64,000 bases of DNA from a virus (taxonomy: Duplodnaviria; Caudoviricetes), in the IMG/VR virus record IMGVR_UViG_3300009155_000035; one strand, written 5' to 3'. A model generated the notes under the pieces. It worked only from the letters and a program-made list of their open reading frames with translations, made no database searches and was not told the DNA's origin. The translations under genes were made by a program, and so were the position numbers. Shown here in pieces: positions 16,137 to 23,780 of the stretch (its first letter is position 1; each line of letters opens with the position of its first letter).

Positions 16137-16147
16137 AATGTATTTAA

Positions 16148-16230
16148 GCGGACGTGGCGTAATTGGTAGCCGCGCTGGTCTTAGAAGCCAGTCTTTCGGG
16201 GTGTGAGTTCGAGTCTCACCGTCCGCACCA
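16148..16230 (+). tRNA. tRNA-Leu(TAG)
   Basis: Loop CT-TAG-AA; variable arm; CCA. Confidence 0.92.
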
Positions 16231-16236
16231 AAATTT

Positions 16237-16323
16237 GCGAGTGTGGTGAAATAGGTAGACACAAGAGACTTAAAATCTCTCGCCCGAAAGGGCGTGCCGG
16301 TTCGATTCCGGCCACTCGTACCA
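16237..16323 (+). tRNA. tRNA-Leu(TAA)
   Basis: Loop CT-TAA-AA; variable arm GCCC-GAAA-GGGC; CCA. Confidence 0.93.
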
Positions 16324-16330
16324 TTGTTTT

Positions 16331-16496
16331 GCAAACAAAAAAACGTGTAGGGGTTTCCCCCGGCTGGCACTGTGCAGTGATGCACATCTAGCGGATCAGG
16401 TGTTTGGGTGTGAGGCCCAAAGTTGTTGCCGGTGATAAGTCAATCTATCGTCGATTGGTGTTCAGCCACACGCCCTAGCGAAACCGGTTTGTTTGC
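16331..16496 (+). ncRNA. Candidate multi-branched structured RNA
   Basis: Closed by GCAAACAAA/TTTGTTTGC; internal stems GTGCA/TGCAC, TTTGGG/CCCAAA, CAATC/GATTG, GGCTG/CAGCC. Confidence 0.5.
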
Positions 16497-16514
16497 TTTT
16501 TTTGTAAATACTGC

Positions 16515-16709
16515 ATGATTGTTGAATCAATATATGCGGTAGTTGACACAGTAGATCAACGACAACGTGTTAGGCATGTTACTAGCTTAGTGGACCAACA
16601 AGGTAGAACGTACACCGAAATTGAGCAGTATTTTTATACGTTATACAACAACAAGGGTACGCTTGAAGTAGAAAATGTCAAAGGCACGAATGTAGACCAC
16701 CAAGCATAA
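16515..16709 (+). CDS. Hypothetical protein (64 aa)
   Basis: ORF preceded by TAAATA at 16505. Confidence 0.6.
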   Translation: MIVESIYAVVDTVDQRQRVRHVTSLVDQQGRTYTEIEQYFYTLYNNKGTLEVENVKGTNVDHQA

Positions 16710-16710
16710 C

Positions 16711-16787
16711 GCCCTTGTGATGGAATTGGTATACGTGTCGGATTCAAAATCCGAATTTTGCGGGTTCGAGTCCCGCTGAGGGCACCA
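16711..16787 (+). tRNA. tRNA-Leu(CAA) lacking the long variable arm
   Basis: Loop TT-CAA-AA; Leu-type D-loop GGAATTGGTATAC; only 5-nt variable loop; CCA. Confidence 0.85.
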
Positions 16788-16792
16788 AATTT

Positions 16793-16942
16793 ATGAAATT
16801 ATTTGAAGCAACAATTAGAATAAACGGCAAAGAATTCAAAGATCGTGTTGGCGCAGAAAATGCACAAGAAGCAATGAAGCTTCTGCAACAACGGCATGGT
16901 CCAAGAGCTGTTCCGTACTTGCCTCACATGATTCCAAGTTAA
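16793..16942 (+). CDS. Hypothetical 49-aa protein (MKLFEATIRINGKEFKDRVGAENAQEAMKLLQQRHGPRAVPYLPHMIPS)
   Basis: Fills the gap between two tRNAs exactly. Confidence 0.6.
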   Translation: MKLFEATIRINGKEFKDRVGAENAQEAMKLLQQRHGPRAVPYLPHMIPS

Positions 16943-16943
16943 T

Positions 16944-17017
16944 GCGGGTATGATGTAATGGTAGCCTGTGACCTTGCCAAGGTTAGAGTGCGAGTTCGAT
17001 TCTCGCTACCCGCTCCA
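16944..17017 (+). tRNA. tRNA-Gly(GCC)
   Basis: Loop TT-GCC-AA; U73; CCA. Confidence 0.92.
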
Positions 17018-17022
17018 AATCT

Positions 17023-17097
17023 GGTGATATGACGTAGATGGATGCGTAGCGGTTTCATAAGCCGACGAGGAAGGATCGATACCTTCTATCACCACCA
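17023..17097 (+). tRNA. tRNA(CAT), probably elongator Met (Ile2 not excluded)
   Basis: Loop TT-CAT-AA; G1:C72 paired; T-loop ATCGATA; CCA. Confidence 0.85.
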
Positions 17098-17108
17098 TAA
17101 ATAAAATC

Positions 17109-18275
17109 ATGCTTATTGATGCCGATACACATTATGCACACCCTGATCTGTTTGATCATCTATCTTTTCAACATACTCCCTGGTTAGAGTTTCGCAAAAA
17201 AACACAAAACACCAATTTTGCAATCATCGACCGTATATGGAAAAGTGTATATGCAAACATTTGTGACGACTCCTGGCCCACTGTGCCAAACGCAGATCGT
17301 TTTCATGTGTTGCCCAAACACATTAGACAAGAAATTGCCGAGCATGATCTAGGCGATATATTTGTTGCCAAGGACTTGTCAAAAATAAAATACAAATTCC
17401 CGGATCCAAGTTCTACATTACCTGACATTGATGAGCTTGTTGACATTTGTCAAAACAGGCTTGGGGTTGACCGTGCGTTGATAAATGTGCAACCGTATCA
17501 GCAAGGCATTGGTTATTATGTGTCGCCTGCAGAAGCAGTGGAATTAATGACCACATACAATCGAGGCATGCTTGATGTTGTTAAGCCCTACAACAAATTT
17601 GATTTAACTGCTTGGTTGGCACTGCAAGATATTCAAGCCAGTGAACAAGAACTTGACTGGATCATTGATAACGACTTCTTTGCTGTATTTTTAAGCTTTC
17701 ATCCTGCATGGGGATTCATTCCTAGAGCAAAAAACATTTTTGCCAAGTGTAACAAAGCTGGTATGCCAATATACTTGCATCCTACTGCTGGCAGAGATAC
17801 CCCGTTTGATTACAACACTGACTGGACTGTTAACTGTGAATTATATCAAAAAATGAAACAAAGATGGCCCAGTGACGGACAGTCTTGGAAGATCACAGTT
17901 GCCAGTATCATTACCGAATACATCATGAAAGGCATGCCCGATCTTAAAATATTGGTTATTGAGCGTGGGATCAATTGGATCAAAGAGATAGAAGAATTTT
18001 TTGCTGAACAAGGTTTGCCTAATCCACTACCTATACTAAAAAACAATTTTTGGTACAGCACAGAGGTGGAGCACCCAACATTTTTAAGAGATGCAGAGTA
18101 CATTGGATGGGATCGTGTTATGTTTTCTACAGACTACCCCCACAATGAGGATGCTGGCTTGAACAAATACAAAGACGCCATCATGCTTGAGCAATATGTC
18201 AACAGTGGTAAAATTAACTCACATGACTATGAGTTGTTTTCACACAAAAATTACCTAAAACTAAAACAACGATAG
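17109..18275 (+). CDS. Amidohydrolase-2 family metal-dependent hydrolase
   Basis: MLIDADTHY (DxDxH), IYLHP, VIERG, FSTDYPH. Confidence 0.8.
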   Translation: MLIDADTHYAHPDLFDHLSFQHTPWLEFRKKTQNTNFAIIDRIWKSVYANICDDSWPTVPNADRFHVLPKHIRQEIAEHDLGDIFVAKDLSKIKYKFPDPSSTLPDIDELVDICQNRLGVDRALINVQPYQQGIGYYVSPAEAVELMTTYNRGMLDVVKPYNKFDLTAWLALQDIQASEQELDWIIDNDFFAVFLSFHPAWGFIPRAKNIFAKCNKAGMPIYLHPTAGRDTPFDYNTDWTVNCELYQKMKQRWPSDGQSWKITVASIITEYIMKGMPDLKILVIERGINWIKEIEEFFAEQGLPNPLPILKNNFWYSTEVEHPTFLRDAEYIGWDRVMFSTDYPHNEDAGLNKYKDAIMLEQYVNSGKINSHDYELFSHKNYLKLKQR

Positions 18276-18304
18276 TTGACTTTATATTGCTCCTATAGTA
18301 TAAT
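18276..18304 (+). promoter_or_regulatory. Consensus sigma70 promoter overlapping tRNA-Thr
   Basis: TTGACT-17-TATAAT; the -10 box is the tRNA D-arm sequence. Confidence 0.5.
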
Positions 18305-18362
18305 GGCAATACACGCCCTTGGTAAGGGCGAGCTACAAGTTCAATTCTTGTTAGGAGCACCA
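18289..18362 (+). tRNA. tRNA-Thr(GGT)
   Basis: GCTCCTA/TAGGAGC acceptor; loop TT-GGT-AA; CCA. Confidence 0.9.
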
Positions 18363-18379
18363 CCAAATTGGAATATAAT

Positions 18380-18559
18380 ATGAGCAAAGGTTCAAGACCA
18401 AGACCGTTCAGTGTTAGCCAAAAAGATTTTGGAAACAACTTTGATGCAATCTTTAGGAAACCCAATCCTAAAGATGTTGACGATGCCAGAGCTGAAGACG
18501 AAGCTTTTAAGTCAGTTGAGGAAAAGTTTAACCAACACAAACAACATGGCTCTAATTGA
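18380..18559 (+). CDS. Hypothetical small phage protein
   Basis: MSKGSRPRPFSVSQKDFGNNFDAIFRK. Confidence 0.7.
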   Translation: MSKGSRPRPFSVSQKDFGNNFDAIFRKPNPKDVDDARAEDEAFKSVEEKFNQHKQHGSN

Positions 18560-18965
18560 ATCAACATTTACTAACTCTCCCGGGCTAGTGCCCTTGAAGG
18601 TACAGTGTTTGATCAACAATGCAGTAGTATGGGAATATGTACTTGATTCAACACCTGTGACTATGAAAGTCAACCTTGACGACCATGTTGCATCAACTCA
18701 TCAAGTGGCAATTACTTTTGCAGGCAAAACTGGGATTGAGAATGATGATGCCAGTAGCACTGTTGTGCAAATCAGCAATATTCAAATAGAATCTATCAAC
18801 ATTGAGCCTGTGTTACAACGTATAGCTCAATATCATCACAACACAAACGGCTACAGTGATCCGCTGGTCAGTGAATACAGTAATTGCATAGGATTTGATG
18901 GTAGTTTACAATTTGAACTGGAAACTCCGGTCAGCAACTGGTTTTACAAAAATTATCCTTGGTGA
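18546..18965 (+). CDS. Hypothetical radical-SAM-associated protein (paralog family, copy 2)
   Basis: LKVQCLINN...ITFAGK...CIGFDGSLQFELETP echoes 6707 and 49452; ATG 18546. Confidence 0.65.
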   Translation: MALIESTFTNSPGLVPLKVQCLINNAVVWEYVLDSTPVTMKVNLDDHVASTHQVAITFAGKTGIENDDASSTVVQISNIQIESINIEPVLQRIAQYHHNTNGYSDPLVSEYSNCIGFDGSLQFELETPVSNWFYKNYPW

Positions 18966-19813
18966 CCAAGCACTCGTGTATTCAACAATTGGTTTTTAAA
19001 TTTTGATTGATTAGTCTCATAAACCAAATTGGTTGGACAAAATTTACATTGTGGGATCGCACTAGATGAAAACAAGTCCAAATCGTCTTGTGTGATTGCT
19101 CCGGGTTCAAGTGGTTGATATTGATCATACAGTTCTGGCACTGGCTGCCCAACTTGATTGAAATATTCTGGCAACAGATACACTACTCCGCATTTATAAA
19201 GTTTTCCATCAATAAAATGGTGGCAACGTTTCATTGTACACACACGATGTGCTTCAGTTGGATCTGAATCATGCAATTGATATTGGCCATCCTGAAAAAT
19301 GTTGTTGTGGAAATTTTCTCCACTTTTGATGTTGATCGTAATGCCCTGGGCCGTTTCGAACGCAATGCCATTGACAACTAAATTATTGTGTTGTATAATT
19401 TGTTTAATTCGGCAGTGACCAAAAGCTTGATTAATTTCACCAAGAACATAACTTCTCATTAGAGGATTGTGAACACAGATGTCTAATGTCCAACCAGTAT
19501 TTGCCAGCGCATCGGCTAGGCCAGATAGCTTAGTTAATCGAGTTCCATTTGAAACCACTTTGCCAACAGCATTGGGCCAACATTGGTGTATTCCTCGAAT
19601 CCAATCTGGAAGATCAGAATTCAAAGTTGGTTCGCCGCCAAGTATATTACAACTTTCTAAGTGTATGCACTCGGCCCAGCGTTGATAAGTACCTAAATTG
19701 AATTTATAATGTCCTTTGAATTTGCGATTGTTGAACCTATTACATTGCGGACAATCTAAATTACAAACATTGGTAACATAAAATTCTGCATATTTTAGAG
19801 TTGGTTTGGTCAT
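18953..19813 (-). CDS. Radical SAM protein with a C-terminal Cys cluster
   Basis: NVCNLDCPQC; ILGGEP; CTMKRC...LYKC...CKFC. Confidence 0.85.
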   Translation of the reverse strand: MTKPTLKYAEFYVTNVCNLDCPQCNRFNNRKFKGHYKFNLGTYQRWAECIHLESCNILGGEPTLNSDLPDWIRGIHQCWPNAVGKVVSNGTRLTKLSGLADALANTGWTLDICVHNPLMRSYVLGEINQAFGHCRIKQIIQHNNLVVNGIAFETAQGITINIKSGENFHNNIFQDGQYQLHDSDPTEAHRVCTMKRCHHFIDGKLYKCGVVYLLPEYFNQVGQPVPELYDQYQPLEPGAITQDDLDLFSSSAIPQCKFCPTNLVYETNQSKFKNQLLNTRVLGHQG

Positions 19814-19863
19814 AGTGATATTTACATTTAAAAGTTGAGATAGTTTTTTATTAAGGTAATACC

Positions 19864-20337
19864 ATGAAAATAAATGTAGAAGAAGTTGTTAGATTTATTC
19901 AGGCGCAAGGCCTGGGCACACGGGTATACCTTGGAGCTGATTCTGACCGCTACAAAGTAGATGGCACCTGGTGGGCCGAATACACAGTGGCCGTTGTTGT
20001 ACACATCAATGGCAAAAACGGTTGTAAAATTTTTGGGGAAGTATCTAGAGAACGAGACTATGATCAAAAGGCAAGTCGTCCAAGCATGCGTCTTATGAAC
20101 GAAGTATATCGTGTAAGCGATATGTTTCAAAGGCTTGCGCCTGCGCTGGAAGATCTCGAAGTTGAAGTTCACTTGGATATTAACCCAAATGAAATGTACG
20201 GCAGTTCATGTGCTGTACAACAGGCAATTGGATACATTCGCGGTACTTGCAATGTTATTCCAATGGTCAAACCAAATGCATTTGCCGCAAGCTATGCAGC
20301 CGATAGACTGAAAAGTCTCAAAATATCTAATGGATAA
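19864..20337 (+). CDS. RNase H-like protein (YkuK/DUF458-like)
   Basis: YLGADS...RLMNEV...EVHLDIN...FAASYAADR. Confidence 0.75.
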   Translation: MKINVEEVVRFIQAQGLGTRVYLGADSDRYKVDGTWWAEYTVAVVVHINGKNGCKIFGEVSRERDYDQKASRPSMRLMNEVYRVSDMFQRLAPALEDLEVEVHLDINPNEMYGSSCAVQQAIGYIRGTCNVIPMVKPNAFAASYAADRLKSLKISNG

Positions 20338-20347
20338 AGGAACAATC

Positions 20348-20578
20348 ATGAATGGTCTCACAAGTGAAGGTGCAGTTAATGCAGTTGGCAATCGATACGA
20401 TTTGGTTCTTATTGGTTCCCGAAGAGTGCGAGAATTGAACGCAGGGTGGCACTCGACAATCAAAAATCCCAAAGGTCCGATTACAACTGCATTGCAGGAA
20501 ATTGAAGAAGGTCTAGTTGGGATTGATTACTTAAAACGCCCTCAAGAGGTACGTCGAGAGCGCAAGTACAGCAAATAA
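20348..20578 (+). CDS. rpoZ: RNA polymerase omega subunit-like protein
   Basis: AVNAVGNRYDLVLIGSRRVREL...PITTALQEIEEG. Confidence 0.82.
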   Translation: MNGLTSEGAVNAVGNRYDLVLIGSRRVRELNAGWHSTIKNPKGPITTALQEIEEGLVGIDYLKRPQEVRRERKYSK

Positions 20579-20590
20579 GAGGAATAACAC

Positions 20591-20665
20591 ATGGACGACG
20601 ATCTGGTAAGATTTGTAGTAGGTGTAGTGATTGTTGTTGCAGTAGGTGCGGTAGTACTTCTATAG
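20591..20665 (+). CDS. 24-aa single-TM peptide (MDDDLVRFVVGVVIVVAVGAVVLL)
   Basis: GAGGA RBS; fully hydrophobic stretch. Confidence 0.45.
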   Translation: MDDDLVRFVVGVVIVVAVGAVVLL

Positions 20666-20696
20666 AAATATGTCAAAAGCACAAGTGTAGTAAATA

Positions 20697-21095
20697 AGAG
20701 CTATTGCTGTATGAAGCAATGCAAAAGGTGTTCTGGACGGGGGTTCGATTCCCCCCGGCTCCACCAAAAGGGAATTCAATGATAGTGTGTGTATGCAGAA
20801 AGATCAGTGATCGTGATTATGATTCCGAAGAGCAACTCCGAGATCGTATCATGCAACCTGATTTTCATTGTGGTTTTTGTCAACAACGCTATGAACTAGA
20901 GTTTTCTTCTGAAGGGGTCGATCGGTTTCGACAGGGCAAGGAGTAGCAGAGTGGACAGCTCGGCAAAGCAGAAGCCGTTAGGATTGGGGTAACCCGGTCG
21001 TAGAAGCAAAAAACGTAAACGCAAACGACGAACAGTTCGCATTGGCCGCCTAAACGCAGCCTAGGGTAAGACATACCTCGTAACAGAAACTCAAA
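20697..21095 (+). ncRNA. ssrA: Circularly permuted (two-piece) tmRNA
   Basis: T-arm plus CGGCTCCACCA (ends 20766) comes BEFORE the 5' strand GGGGTCG (20914); G3:U70 pair; tag ANDEQFALAA* at 21021-21053; no tRNA-like 3' end after the tag. Outer boundaries are approximate. Confidence 0.9.
20779..20946 (+). CDS. Bfd-like [2Fe-2S] ferredoxin-type peptide (55 aa) in the tmRNA intervening segment
   Basis: MIVCVCRKISD...HCGFC (C-x-C-x24-C-x2-C); AAGGGA RBS right after the CCA. Confidence 0.65.
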   Translation: MIVCVCRKISDRDYDSEEQLRDRIMQPDFHCGFCQQRYELEFSSEGVDRFRQGKE

Positions 21096-21117
21096 AGCCC
21101 ACTTCGGTGGGCTTTTT
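21093..21117 (+). terminator. Intrinsic terminator after tmRNA
   Basis: AAAAGCCCAC-TTCG-GTGGGCTTTTT. Confidence 0.9.
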
Positions 21118-21148
21118 CTTGACCACTTAATCTGTGATATAAATAATA

Positions 21149-21260
21149 TTGCAACGCCGGCAGGGCCGACGTCGGATCAATATTGACGCTTGAAGTAGCA
21201 AAACTTCTTTACTGTTGTGATACAACAGAACGCCGACCGTGAACAGAATTCTTCTGCAAG
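21149..21260 (+). ncRNA. Candidate structured ncRNA under a TATAAATA promoter
   Basis: TATAAATA at 21138; ends TTGCA/TGCAA; hairpins CGGC/GCCG, GAAGT/ACTTC, CTGTTG/CAACAG; GTCGG/CCGAC long-range pair. Confidence 0.45.
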
Positions 21261-21313
21261 CTTACCAAAATAATTGATTTATTTTCACAACAAGTATATA
21301 CTTGTACTTAATA

Positions 21314-22450
21314 ATGCTCTATTATCAATTTGGCGTAAGCGACAAGTTTGGCTATTACGAAGTCGGACAAAAAAAATTTTACAGCAAGGTGGAAGCCATT
21401 GCCGAGATGACTCGTACTGGAATTCATCTTGAATATCGTTTTCATGACGATGCATTTAACCGCCATGACTGGACTGTGGAGCCCATTGAAAGTTTGGAAG
21501 AGCTATATCGGCAAAGATGCCAGCAACTTCGAGATCGGTATGAATATCTTGTAGTAACATACAGTGGTGGCTCAGACAGTCACAACGTGTTAGACATGTT
21601 TATCGACAATGAAATTTGGCCCGATGAGATCATGATCTATCATAACTGGAGTGTCAACAGTGACGAGCTTATGACCAACGGTGAAGTCAAGCACGTTGCC
21701 TATCCTTATGCCAAAAAAATTGTAGAAAAGTATCCCTGGATCAAACTGCGCATGATTGATATTGCGCCACGTACATATGAACTGTTTAGCTCCAGCCCCG
21801 ATCGAGACATGATTGTACACACTAACTGGGCAACATTTAGCCCCGGATCTTGTGCGATTCACTTGACACATGAACTTGACAAAGACTATCTTGACATGAT
21901 TGGCCGCGGCGTTAATTTAGGATTTGTCATGGGATTTGATAAACCTAGGGTATGGCAAATCAATGGCAAGTACTGTCATAGATTCATGGATATCAGTAAC
22001 GGAGTTGCAGTGATTGGTAGCAACATGCCCACGGAGATGTTTTATTTTCATCCCGATGCTGCCAAATTGGTAATCAAACAATGTCATGTTATTAAACGTT
22101 ACATGGAACAGGCCACTCCTGATTCTCCGTTTATTACTACTGAGCACACTGCAAGGGCCTGCAAGGATTACATGGGTAAGAAGTTGTGGCTAACTGAGGA
22201 CGGGTGCCACACACTGCTATACCCAACATGGAATATTAAGACGTTTACTGTGGGTAAAGATCCAAGTAAAATTCTTAGTAGGCGGGATCGATGGTTCTTA
22301 AAAAACCCAAACGATCCCGCACGTATTGCATGGCATAATTTGGTCATGCACTGGTGGAAGCAAATTCCAGAATATTGGCAAAATCGGCCTGGCTATATTG
22401 CTGGTGGCGCCAAGATGAGTTTTACTCAACCATATTTTTTAGAAAGGTAA
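21314..22450 (+). CDS. PP-loop (adenine nucleotide alpha-hydrolase-like) protein
   Basis: VVTYSGGSDSHNVL (SGGxDS); GFDKP. Confidence 0.7.
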   Translation: MLYYQFGVSDKFGYYEVGQKKFYSKVEAIAEMTRTGIHLEYRFHDDAFNRHDWTVEPIESLEELYRQRCQQLRDRYEYLVVTYSGGSDSHNVLDMFIDNEIWPDEIMIYHNWSVNSDELMTNGEVKHVAYPYAKKIVEKYPWIKLRMIDIAPRTYELFSSSPDRDMIVHTNWATFSPGSCAIHLTHELDKDYLDMIGRGVNLGFVMGFDKPRVWQINGKYCHRFMDISNGVAVIGSNMPTEMFYFHPDAAKLVIKQCHVIKRYMEQATPDSPFITTEHTARACKDYMGKKLWLTEDGCHTLLYPTWNIKTFTVGKDPSKILSRRDRWFLKNPNDPARIAWHNLVMHWWKQIPEYWQNRPGYIAGGAKMSFTQPYFLER

Positions 22451-22455
22451 ATTAA

Positions 22456-23340
22456 ATGAAAAAGCTGTTTGCAATTTTTGCAATGATGTGCGCTGTAACA
22501 TCTGTTATGGCACAGGATATTCGTGTAGTACTACCCAACCCAAGTGGTGGGACGTTCGACAAAGTTGGTCGTGCCTGGGCCAAGGCTTTGGAAAATGCTC
22601 TTGGTAAACCGGTCACAGTTGAAAATCAACCTGGCGCCAATGGTGCAATCGGCACAAGGTTTGTGGCCAACTATGCTGGCTCAGACATCGTATTGCTTGG
22701 ATCTGGTACTACTTTGTTTATTAACAACGATCAAGTTGATGGTATTAATGACGTTGAACCAATTTACTACTTGGGGTATGTACCAGAAGCTATTGTCGCT
22801 CGCCCCGACTTTAAATACAACACAGTTGCAGAGTTTGTAAAGAACAGCAACGAGCGTGTTACGCTTGCTAACTTGTCCAATGCCGATGCATCAACAATTT
22901 TTAAAAGTGTTGTTAAGAAATCCAATATTAGTTTAATAACCTATAAAGGATCTGCACAGAGCATGACCGATGTAATTGGTGGGCATGTTGATTTGAGTTC
23001 GGCTGGCCTAGCCAATGTTAAACAACTATACGATACCGGTAAAATTAAAATACTTGGTTACTCAGGAAGCCAACGAAGCCCGCTTATTCCCAACGTTCCC
23101 ACGTTTGCTGAACAAGGTATTGCAATGCCAGCAACATTGAAGTTTTATGTTTATGCCAGCAAGAATGCCAACAAAGATCAAATTGCACAGATTGTCAGAG
23201 CACTAGACAAAGCTGTAGCCAGCCCAGAGTTCCAAGAGTCACGCAACCAACTAAACTTGATTGCCGAGCCAGTCAAAGGTAGTGCTAGACAACATTTTAT
23301 TGATTCTACGAAAGAAATTTACGATATTTTGAAGAATTAA
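22456..23340 (+). CDS. tctC: Bug/TctC periplasmic substrate-binding protein
   Basis: Signal peptide; PSGGTFD..GRAWAKALENALGKPVTVENQPGANGAIG; YKGSAQSMTDVIGGHVD. Confidence 0.88.
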   Translation: MKKLFAIFAMMCAVTSVMAQDIRVVLPNPSGGTFDKVGRAWAKALENALGKPVTVENQPGANGAIGTRFVANYAGSDIVLLGSGTTLFINNDQVDGINDVEPIYYLGYVPEAIVARPDFKYNTVAEFVKNSNERVTLANLSNADASTIFKSVVKKSNISLITYKGSAQSMTDVIGGHVDLSSAGLANVKQLYDTGKIKILGYSGSQRSPLIPNVPTFAEQGIAMPATLKFYVYASKNANKDQIAQIVRALDKAVASPEFQESRNQLNLIAEPVKGSARQHFIDSTKEIYDILKN

Positions 23341-23365
23341 TACTGTTGTATTGAAACAACACCCT

Positions 23366-23393
23366 AAAACCCTTGCGCAAGCAGGGGTTTTTT
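23366..23393 (+). terminator. Intrinsic terminator
   Basis: AAAACCCTTGC-GCAA-GCAGGGGTTTTTT. Confidence 0.85.
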
Positions 23394-23398
23394 ATTGG

Positions 23399-23427
23399 TT
23401 GACCTAAAATTCACCATTTGCTATAAT
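23399..23427 (+). promoter_or_regulatory. sigma70 promoter with extended -10
   Basis: TTGACC-17-TATAAT with TGn. Confidence 0.85.
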
Positions 23428-23452
23428 AGAGTTATAGTAATTAGGAGCAACG

Positions 23453-23710
23453 ATGAAACACTTAAAAGCTTATGTAGATCAAAAAAACCAGTGGTCTGCT
23501 GTTTTTGGTAAGGCGCCATTGGTTATTGGACAAGATAATCAAAAGATTGCCAATGCACTGGATTCTGACTTGAGTCCAGAAAATCTCACTTGCGATGGTG
23601 AACTACCACGTGCTCAAGTCAATGCTCGATATCGTTTGCTTACATCTGCGGCACGTGAATTGATTGCTGTTGACCCCAGTGTCAAGATGTGGGAATTTGT
23701 GACTGTTTAA
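23453..23710 (+). CDS. Hypothetical early phage protein
   Basis: AGGAG RBS; DSDLSPENLTCDGEL. Confidence 0.75.
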   Translation: MKHLKAYVDQKNQWSAVFGKAPLVIGQDNQKIANALDSDLSPENLTCDGELPRAQVNARYRLLTSAARELIAVDPSVKMWEFVTV

Positions 23711-23713
23711 CAG

Positions 23714-23742
23714 TTGACACATAATTCACATAGTCGTACAAT
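23714..23742 (+). promoter_or_regulatory. sigma70 promoter
   Basis: TTGACA-17-TACAAT. Confidence 0.85.
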
Positions 23743-23780
23743 ACTAGCACTGAAACAATTTTTAACAAGGAAGCAACCTT

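Noticed and set aside
20704-20778. TTG start giving an 80-aa version of the Bfd-like ORF
   Set aside because: It would run through the tmRNA T-arm; ATG 20779 has an RBS and a Bfd-like MxVCxC start.
21240-21256. AACAGAATTC resembling the RNase P RNA 3' conserved region
   Set aside because: No GAGGAAAGTCC partner, and the element is far too short.
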